Of a stretch of 64,000 nucleotides of DNA, positions 48,635 to 56,416 are shown in pieces. The position numbers were made by a program, and so were the translations under genes. Under the pieces are notes generated by a model that searched no databases, was not told the DNA's origin, and saw only the letters and a list, made by a program, of their open reading frames with translations. Source of the DNA: Candidatus Endobugula sp. (GTDB lineage: Bacteria; Pseudomonadota; Gammaproteobacteria; Pseudomonadales; Cellvibrionaceae); contig JBLHJR010000006.1 of the NCBI GenBank assembly GCA_047619205.1, forward strand, positions 77 through 64,076, given 5' to 3'. How positions within the stretch are numbered: the first letter of the stretch is position 1; each line of letters begins with the position of its first letter.

Positions 48635-49714
48635 TTACCGCTTTTCAAAGTGTTTTTGCGTTAACTTACCCGCATCAGATGCTGGCAAATCCCAACCTTG
48701 TAAATTATCTTTCACCAAGGCCGTCAAAGTAGCAATATGTTCTTCGCTCGCATTTAGCGCTGCAATATATTCATAGCGCTCGCCCCCCGCCTGTATAAAA
48801 TAGTCACGATTTTCTTCACCAATTTCTTCGATTGTCTCTAAGCAATCGGCAGAAAAACCCGGGCAAACGATTTGAACCGTCTTAACACCGTCTGCAGGAA
48901 AACCCTGTAAGGTGTGATCGGTATACGGCTTTAACCATTCTTCACGCCCAAAACGTGACTGAAATGTAGTCATATATTCAGTGGCGTTTAAACCTAAACG
49001 CTCTGCCAATAAACGCGAAGTTTTATGACATTCACAATGATACGGATCACCATTTTTCAAATAACGTAAAGGGATACCGTGATAGGAAAACAACAATTTA
49101 TCTGCCCGCCCATACTCCTCCCAATGCACTTCGATACTATTTGCCAAGGCCTCAATATACGCAGGGTAATCATGATAATGGCTAATAAAGCGCAAGTCGG
49201 GTAACCAACGACGACGCATAAAATCTTCCGCTAGCGCATCAAAAGTAGAGGCCGTAGTAGCCGCCGAATACTGTGGATACAAAGGCAATACGACTAATTT
49301 TCGTACACCCTCTTGCTGCATAGCTTCTATGGCATGGCTCACTGATGGCTGCCCATAACGCATAGCAAACTTCACTACTACATGCTCGCCGTAAATAGCG
49401 TGTAAAGATTTTGCAAGTGCGTCACATTGCTGCTGCGTGTGCACCATCAAGGGGGAACCTTGCTCTGTCCACACCGTTTTATATGCCGCCGCCGACCGTC
49501 GTGGGCGAAGTCGTAAAATCACCCCATGCAAAATACATCGCCACAATAATCTCGGTACCTCAACCACTCGAGGATCAGCTAAAAACTGCCCCAAATACTT
49601 GCGCAACGCTTTAGCCGTGGGAGCTGTTGGCGTGCCTAAATTGGTAATTAACACCCCTATTTTAGGCTGCTGCTGGTGAGAAAAATTAGTTTGGCCAATA
49701 TATTTCATAGTCAA
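48635..49714 (-). CDS. hemH: Ferrochelatase
   Basis: NLGTP, AMRYGQP, LPLYPQYS, SYHGIP, FQSRFG, FSADCLETIEE. Confidence 0.96.
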   Translation of the reverse strand: MTMKYIGQTNFSHQQQPKIGVLITNLGTPTAPTAKALRKYLGQFLADPRVVEVPRLLWRCILHGVILRLRPRRSAAAYKTVWTEQGSPLMVHTQQQCDALAKSLHAIYGEHVVVKFAMRYGQPSVSHAIEAMQQEGVRKLVVLPLYPQYSAATTASTFDALAEDFMRRRWLPDLRFISHYHDYPAYIEALANSIEVHWEEYGRADKLLFSYHGIPLRYLKNGDPYHCECHKTSRLLAERLGLNATEYMTTFQSRFGREEWLKPYTDHTLQGFPADGVKTVQIVCPGFSADCLETIEEIGEENRDYFIQAGGERYEYIAALNASEEHIATLTALVKDNLQGWDLPASDAGKLTQKHFEKR

Positions 49715-49777
49715 TACGCCGCAAGTCTGTAAGAATCCATATTCCGTTATTGTACGTAAATTTAAAGTAATAAGCTC

Positions 49778-50120
49778 ATGTTAGATACCCGTAAATGTTA
49801 CTGCCCCTATTGTGGTGAAGCGATAGAAATCGTCGTTGATACTTCGATAGAACAGCAAGAGTATATTGAAGATTGCTCTGTTTGCTGTCGACCTATTTAC
49901 CCGTAACGCTTGAACTTTAGGTGTTCAGAGTGCGTCTTTTTTTGTTTGTGGCAAGGCGCGACGACGCAAAATAGCCATTCTATTTAAGGAGGAGCAACGC
50001 AGCCACGAACAAAAATAGGCGTGCTATGGAGGCCTAAAGCTCAAGTGCTACGGGTATACCATCAACGCCAGCGTTAATGACACAGGCGCCTTAATTGAAG
50101 TCCGCAGCGAAAATGAGTAG
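49778..50120 (+). pseudogene. CPXCG cysteine-rich protein gene split by a MITE
   Basis: 5' part [40 protein letters not shown]; 3' part TINASVNDTGALIEVRSENE*; removing the insert restores one 61-aa ORF. Confidence 0.9.
49898..50056. mobile_element. MITE with long terminal IRs and TA duplication
   Basis: 54-bp arms 49898-49951/50003-50056, 42/54 complementary, ends TACCCGTA...TACGGGTA; TA at both junctions. Confidence 0.9.
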
Positions 50121-50126
50121 CCGACC

Positions 50127-50501
50127 ATGAAGAAGCACGTGTTAATAATAATGGCTCACGGCAGCCGTAAAACCGAAGCCAACAACGAGTTTGAACAACT
50201 AATTAAGGTCATGAGCGCACAAGGCCTAGATTATATTATGATCAAACACTGCTTCTTGGAAATGGCCGAACCCAACTTACCATCAGTAATAGAAGAGTGC
50301 CTATCTTTAGGCTACAAGCAATTTGATCTATACCCTTTATTTTTCAACCAAGGCAATCATGTGTCACGAGATATCCCCGAACAAATACAAGCCGTACAAC
50401 AGCAGCACCCAGAATGCTCCGTACGACAATTAGACTACTTTGGCAGCTTTGATCAATTAGCGCACGGTATCACAGAACATATTTATCGGCAGAACACTTA
50501 G
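50127..50501 (+). CDS. Short CbiX/SirB-type class II chelatase
   Basis: MAHGSR, FLEMAEP, PLFFNQGNHVSRDIP with both conserved His. Confidence 0.85.
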   Translation: MKKHVLIIMAHGSRKTEANNEFEQLIKVMSAQGLDYIMIKHCFLEMAEPNLPSVIEECLSLGYKQFDLYPLFFNQGNHVSRDIPEQIQAVQQQHPECSVRQLDYFGSFDQLAHGITEHIYRQNT

Positions 50502-50649
50502 GTAAAAAAATAGACTATAGGGTGCCTTAGCGAAGACCACAAAACTTGCCAATGAAATGGGTAAATCACAAGGTTATAAAAATATTAATTTTACACATTT
50601 AAAGAGGCCAAACGCCTCATTAGTACACTAATAGAAGGCGCTGATAAAC

Positions 50650-51432
50650 ATGCATAAGATATGTAAGTTATTTTTTATTTTCTATTGTGCTTATAGTACT
50701 GGCGCGACACTCTCATATAAGCAATTATCTACAGATACGTTTCAACTTATCTTAAAGAATGATACCCCGTTAGGAATTGAACAGGCACAATCTTCACTTT
50801 ATTCTAGTGCGGTTAAAATTTGCAAAGGAAAAACACCTTCTTTTGAAAAATATTCATTTGAAAGCTCAGAGCCAATTTCAAAAGGCGTTAGCACTGCCTC
50901 ATTCACATTCCAGCAAGAAATTAAATGCACTGACAAAACAGAAGCTACTCCAACACTAAAAAAACTAGATGTTTCAAAGAGCCAAGAAGAGGCTATAAAA
51001 TCAAAAGTCAGAGAAATGACCGCACAATTCCTAATAGCCAAAGAAGTCGGAAAACTGAAAGAAGCGTATGCCATGCTTGGGGAGGGCATGAAAAGCATGA
51101 CTAACCTTCCCTCTTGGGAAAGTAAAGAGTCAGATTATTTTGGCGAAAAAAGTGGAAAATTAGTAAGCCGAGAAATTTGGCGCATCACTTTGTACAACAA
51201 CCCTCAGAACGCGCCAAAACCAAGCTTATACATTGCAGCTGACTACGAAAATAGTTATACAAGATCGCCTATACACTGCGGATATGTGATGTGGTATCTG
51301 CCAACAGCCAACTCCGAGGTATTCACAGTCATGAGAGAGGAGTATGGAAACATGACTAAAGACATTCTTAATAAAATACCAAAAGAAGATCTGCAGAACG
51401 TTCGAAAAAAACTGGGCTGCAGAGCACTTTAA
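50650..51432 (+). CDS. Exported hypothetical protein, possible DUF4019-like C-terminal domain
   Basis: Signal-like N-terminus, several Cys; domain call tentative. Confidence 0.6.
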   Translation: MHKICKLFFIFYCAYSTGATLSYKQLSTDTFQLILKNDTPLGIEQAQSSLYSSAVKICKGKTPSFEKYSFESSEPISKGVSTASFTFQQEIKCTDKTEATPTLKKLDVSKSQEEAIKSKVREMTAQFLIAKEVGKLKEAYAMLGEGMKSMTNLPSWESKESDYFGEKSGKLVSREIWRITLYNNPQNAPKPSLYIAADYENSYTRSPIHCGYVMWYLPTANSEVFTVMREEYGNMTKDILNKIPKEDLQNVRKKLGCRAL

Positions 51433-51514
51433 CGCCGCCGCAGGACTAGCTAGTGCCCATCCAGAAATAGGACACTAGCTACTCGCTGTATGAGTATCCA
51501 TTGATGGCGGCATT
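51431..51514 (-). repeat. Nested hairpin repeat with GGA-containing loops
   Basis: Inner stem 51447-51458/51470-51481 (11/12), outer gccgcc/ggcggc; minus strand carries ATGGA and CTGGA. Confidence 0.6.
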
Positions 51515-51556
51515 AAAGAAATTCATAGGACTCAAAAGCTATAAGCAATTACGCTA

Positions 51557-52291
51557 CTAATCTTTCTGATCACATAGCGCTTGTGCTTCTTTAACGTCCA
51601 GCATGCCTTCATAAATTGCGCGCCCCGTGATCGCACCACAGATACCCTGATGCGCCTGCGCTTTTAGTGCTTTGATATCATTAATATCGGTAATACCACC
51701 CGAGGCAATAACAGGGATGCAGGATGCCCGCGCCATGGCAACAGTAGCTTCTACGTTGACTCCTTGCATCATGCCATCACGAGCAATGTCTGTGTACACA
51801 ATCGATTCCACTCCATCGGACTCAAAGCGTTTGGCCAAATCCGTCGCTTTTACTTCAGAGACTTCTGCCCAACCATCGGTAGCGACTAGACCGTCTTTCG
51901 CATCCAATCCCACAATAATATGCCCAGGAAATTGTTTACACATTTCTGTCACAAACTCAGGCTCTTTAACCGCCTTAGTACCAATAATAACGTAGCTCAC
52001 ACCCGCCTGCAGGTAGCTTTCAATAATTTCACCGCTACGAATACCACCACCGATTTGAATGGGTAGTTTAGGAAACGCTTTAGCAATCTCAGTGACAACG
52101 TCACCATTCACTGGCTCACCAGCAAAAGCGCCGTTTAAATCAACCAAATGTAAACGTCGGCAACCTTGATCGACCCACTGTTTAGCGAAGTCTACGGGAT
52201 TGTCGCCAAATACTGTAGAGTCGTCCATTAAGCCTTGACGCAAACGTACACATTGTCCGTCTTTCAAATCAATTGCAGGGATAATTAACAT
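51557..52291 (-). CDS. hisA: ProFAR isomerase HisA
   Basis: [42 protein letters not shown]. Confidence 0.97.
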   Translation of the reverse strand: MLIIPAIDLKDGQCVRLRQGLMDDSTVFGDNPVDFAKQWVDQGCRRLHLVDLNGAFAGEPVNGDVVTEIAKAFPKLPIQIGGGIRSGEIIESYLQAGVSYVIIGTKAVKEPEFVTEMCKQFPGHIIVGLDAKDGLVATDGWAEVSEVKATDLAKRFESDGVESIVYTDIARDGMMQGVNVEATVAMARASCIPVIASGGITDINDIKALKAQAHQGICGAITGRAIYEGMLDVKEAQALCDQKD

Positions 52292-52942
52292 TTATACTTC
52301 ACCATTCCAATTCATAAAATTTTTCAACAATTGCAAACCCACTGCATCACTTTTTTCTGGGTGAAACTGTGTAGCAAATAAATTATCTTGCGCTAAGGCA
52401 GCAACAAATTCTTGCTGATACTCACAACGACCCGCGACTTGTGCAGCATTAGTCGCTTCCACAAAATAACTATGCACAAAATAAAACCGGCTATTATCAT
52501 CAATGCCCTGCCATAAAGGATGATCAATAGTTTGTTGTACTTGGTTCCAACCCATATGCGGGACTTTTAATTTTCGTCCCGCCTCATCTTTCATGTCGTG
52601 ACCAAAAAATTTCACTGCACCTGGCAATACATTCATGCACTCCACGCCACTATTTTCTTCACTGTGGTGCATCAATGCTTGCATGCCCACACAAATGGCT
52701 AACACTGGCTTACCATCGGTAATCAGTTGAGGGACCAGAGTATCAAAACCTAATCGACGAATTTCCGCCATGCAATCACGAATAGCGCCAACACCCGGAA
52801 AGAGGACTTTATCCGCATTAGCAATCACTTCGGGATCAGCGCTAATGATGATTTCGCTGTCCCGCGCTACATGGGCAAACGCACTTGCCACCGAGTGCAA
52901 ATTGCCCATACCATAATCAATAATCGCAACAGACGTTGTCAT
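52292..52942 (-). CDS. hisH: IGP synthase glutaminase subunit
   Basis: DYGMGNL, PGVGA, ICVGMQ, PHMGWN, QFHPEKS. Confidence 0.97.
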   Translation of the reverse strand: MTTSVAIIDYGMGNLHSVASAFAHVARDSEIIISADPEVIANADKVLFPGVGAIRDCMAEIRRLGFDTLVPQLITDGKPVLAICVGMQALMHHSEENSGVECMNVLPGAVKFFGHDMKDEAGRKLKVPHMGWNQVQQTIDHPLWQGIDDNSRFYFVHSYFVEATNAAQVAGRCEYQQEFVAALAQDNLFATQFHPEKSDAVGLQLLKNFMNWNGEV

Positions 52943-53070
52943 TTAAAAAGTAACCTAAAATAAAAAGAATCAATGCAGTGAGTAATAAATAGGCTCAGAG
53001 TAAAGTCTACTGGACAGTCAATGGAACCGGGAACGATGTGTTTACAATTTTACTCGGTCCTATTTTTTTA

Positions 53071-53664
53071 CTAAAGCGTTCCCTTAGTCGAAGGCATCAC
53101 ACCTTCCATACGAGGATCAAGCTCTAAAGCCATGCGCACTGCGCGACCAAAAGCCTTAAACACCGTTTCTATTTGGTGGTGAGCGTTATGGCCTTTTAGG
53201 CAATCAATATGTAGCGTCACCTGAGCGTGGTTAACAAAACCTTGGAAAAACTCCCAAAACAACTCGGTATCAAATCCACCCACACGCTTTTGTGTAAACG
53301 CAATATTCATCAACAAAGCAGGGCGACCGGAAAAATCAATCACCACGCGAGATAATGCTTCATCTAACGGAACATAAGCATGACCATAACGACGAATGCC
53401 CTTTTTATCGCCCACAGCCTTAGCCACGGCCTGACCCAGGGTAATACCGATATCCTCAACACTATGGTGATCATCAATATGGGTGTCACCGTCACAGGTC
53501 ACATCTAGGTCGATTAACCCATGGCGAGCGATTTGGTCCATCATATGCTCAAGGAAAGGCACCCCTGTGGCAAACTGGGCTTTACCCGTACCATCAAGGT
53601 TAACTTCCACTTGGATCTTGGTTTCCAAGGTATCGCGGCGTACACTGGCTATGCGAGCGCTCAT
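53071..53664 (-). CDS. hisB: Imidazoleglycerol-phosphate dehydratase
   Basis: [27 protein letters not shown]. Confidence 0.97.
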   Translation of the reverse strand: MSARIASVRRDTLETKIQVEVNLDGTGKAQFATGVPFLEHMMDQIARHGLIDLDVTCDGDTHIDDHHSVEDIGITLGQAVAKAVGDKKGIRRYGHAYVPLDEALSRVVIDFSGRPALLMNIAFTQKRVGGFDTELFWEFFQGFVNHAQVTLHIDCLKGHNAHHQIETVFKAFGRAVRMALELDPRMEGVMPSTKGTL

Positions 53665-53928
53665 GAGATTCTCCGATAAAGCGACAAAAAGAGGATTATA
53701 CGCAGAAAATTCGGAAAAGTGGTGCCAGAGTCAACTTTTACTGCAACCTAAGAGAATAATCACTCTAGCGGCTAAAAAATGGACTCTACGCTCACTCATT
53801 CTGCATTAATTAGATGCCGATAGATGCCGAACTCATTCGCACTACCGCTGTCTATGAAACACATAAAAACAAAACAAGCGCCCAAGACAAATCCCAAAAC
53901 CACACCATAGCTTCTATTGAGGATGACA

Positions 53929-56223
53929 ATGAAAACACTCAAGGTTCTGCTTAGCCTGCTCGCCATTACCCTACTACTCTTAATTGCTGCCGTTATTCTG
54001 CTGCCGCAATTTATCGATCCCAATGACTATAAAGAGGAAATCACCGCTAAGGTTAAGCAACATACGGGGCTAGAGTTGGCGATTAATGGGAAGCTCTCAC
54101 TTTCCGTATTTCCATGGTTAGGCGTCAATACGGGCAACGTAGTCTTGTCCCAACCTAGTATTATCCGTGATAGCGTTAGCAACGCAGGCGCGTTTGCAAA
54201 TATCGAGGCAATCGATATTAAAGTGAAGCTGAAGCCGTTATTTAGTCGCAAGATAGAAGTCGATACAATCTTATTAAAAAAACCAAGAATTGAATTTATC
54301 ACCAATGCCTCGGGTAACAATAGCTTGACCGGTTTATCCCCTAGCAGCGCAGAAAAACCAAGCACTAAAGCCAGCACCACTGCAGCCAGTAATTCAGGTA
54401 AGCAAGCGACAGTGATTGCTGCCTTCACCATTGCAGGAGTGAATATTAGCGATGGCGAAATCATTATTGACGATAGACAAGCTAAAACACGTTATGAAGT
54501 GACACGCCTGAATATTACTAGCGGCAATGTACTCAGCGGGGCCAAAGCACCATTATCCCTATCCGGCATATTTAGCGCACAAAACATAACCCCGATCAGT
54601 GTTAATCTTGATACTCAACTCAGCTTTGACCAAAACAGTCTCGCCGCCACCATCAATGACTTCAGCGCCTCCATGCAACAAGCGGAAACCACCCTAAATA
54701 CTCAAATTGAAAGTATTACCTACTCGCACCAAACCGCTGCCAGCCGTATTATCAACTTAGCACTTTCTGGCAACTTTGCTAATGCCACAAACAACATACC
54801 TTTTTCATTATCGGTTCCTGACACTAGCATCGATCTGAAAAAAACTATCGTTAAAATACCGACAATCAGCGCAAGCAGTTTAGGCATAGATTTTTCAGGA
54901 AACCTTAGCATTAAAAATTGGAACGACATGCTGATGGCCTCAGGGAAGATTCAATTTAGCCGCTTTGATGCAAAGCCAGTCATCCAAAAATTAGCTCTGG
55001 ACTACCTTCCCAGCAAAAAAACTGCACTAGAAAAAATAGCCTTTGCTAGCAACTTTAATGGCACCACGAAGGGTCTATCCCTAAGAAACATTCTCATTAA
55101 TATCGACGACACAATAGTAGAAGGTAACATTGCTCTTATCGATTTTTCTAAACCCCGTTATCGATTTGATCTTTCTTTAAACGCCATCGTCATCGACGAC
55201 TACTTACCTATCACCAAAAAAACAGCCTCCACATCAGCGGCCCAAGACACAACCACGGCAACCCAAGCGCTCGCAGCACCCATTGTGTTACTACAACACA
55301 TTGATGCCAACGGCGTGTTTCGTGCGAAAAAAATAACGGCGAATAATATTCACTTAGAAAACAATATCATTACCGTCGCCTCCACTAAGAACCAAGTGAC
55401 CATCACGCCCGAAGTAGAATTATACAAAGGCAAGCTGGATGGAAAAATCACTCTCGACAAGAACAAAAATACACTCGAGATAGTTAGTCAGCTAACCAAT
55501 GTAGAGCTAGAACCTTTATTAAGCGATGCTAAAATTACTGAGCAGTTTTCAGGTATTGGCAACCTTAGCACCAATATTGTAGTGACAGAAACCAACACCT
55601 CCCCTAACTCGCCATCTATTGCTGGCACCATTAAATTAGCAGCAAAAAATGGCGCCATCAAAGGTATCGACATTAAAAAAGTGCTCGATGATGCACAGGC
55701 AACTATCGATAAAATTCGCGGAAAAAATGTTAGCGAACCCACTAAAGCATCAACAGATGAAACTCGCTTTGCAGAAATGACTGCCACATTACTACTCAAC
55801 GACGACATTATTAGCAACAATGATTTATCGATCAAAGCGCCCGCCTTTCGCATCAGTGGCGATGGCACAGTGAACACATCAACCCAAACTCTAGACTATT
55901 TAACCTCTATTATTGTCGTCAACACTAATTCCGGGCAAGGCGGGAAAAATACTGACGAACTAAAAGGCGCCACTATACCCGTTCGGTTTACAGGCCCATT
56001 GGCCGCACCAAAATATAAAATTGATACCCGCGCGCTAATCAAAACCAACACTAAACAAGCCGCTGACGAGGAAAAAGAAAAATTAAAAAATAAATTATTA
56101 AAAAAATTGGGCATCAAAAAAGAGACGAGCACCAATGCAACTACCACACAAGCCAAGCCGACAGAAAATAAAGAGGACCTAAAAGAACAGTTAAAAAGAA
56201 AGTTATTTGACAAGTTATTCTAG
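53929..56223 (+). CDS. asmA: AsmA family protein
   Basis: N-terminal TM, DPNDYKEEI, SVFPWLG, C-terminal NNDL...GDG; divergent from hisB; ATG 53929 after GAGGA. Confidence 0.88.
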   Translation: MKTLKVLLSLLAITLLLLIAAVILLPQFIDPNDYKEEITAKVKQHTGLELAINGKLSLSVFPWLGVNTGNVVLSQPSIIRDSVSNAGAFANIEAIDIKVKLKPLFSRKIEVDTILLKKPRIEFITNASGNNSLTGLSPSSAEKPSTKASTTAASNSGKQATVIAAFTIAGVNISDGEIIIDDRQAKTRYEVTRLNITSGNVLSGAKAPLSLSGIFSAQNITPISVNLDTQLSFDQNSLAATINDFSASMQQAETTLNTQIESITYSHQTAASRIINLALSGNFANATNNIPFSLSVPDTSIDLKKTIVKIPTISASSLGIDFSGNLSIKNWNDMLMASGKIQFSRFDAKPVIQKLALDYLPSKKTALEKIAFASNFNGTTKGLSLRNILINIDDTIVEGNIALIDFSKPRYRFDLSLNAIVIDDYLPITKKTASTSAAQDTTTATQALAAPIVLLQHIDANGVFRAKKITANNIHLENNIITVASTKNQVTITPEVELYKGKLDGKITLDKNKNTLEIVSQLTNVELEPLLSDAKITEQFSGIGNLSTNIVVTETNTSPNSPSIAGTIKLAAKNGAIKGIDIKKVLDDAQATIDKIRGKNVSEPTKASTDETRFAEMTATLLLNDDIISNNDLSIKAPAFRISGDGTVNTSTQTLDYLTSIIVVNTNSGQGGKNTDELKGATIPVRFTGPLAAPKYKIDTRALIKTNTKQAADEEKEKLKNKLLKKLGIKKETSTNATTTQAKPTENKEDLKEQLKRKLFDKLF

Positions 56224-56416
56224 AAGAAAAATTTAATGACTACACTACCAGAACGAAAGAAAAATTACCTACACGGGAGTAGGCGGCGAGCGCAAAAGCG
56301 GGTTAAGTTCCAAACGATGTTCATAGTGCCTCACGGAATATCGCATCACCCCCTCCCAAGTGTCTTTAAAATGCATAATTATCCATTAAGACATAATAAG
56401 AGTACTATCCTGCAAG

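Noticed and set aside
49786-49794. TACCCGTAA in the CPXCG 5' end is identical to the MITE left end
   Set aside because: 9 bp in coding sequence; cannot be distinguished from coincidence
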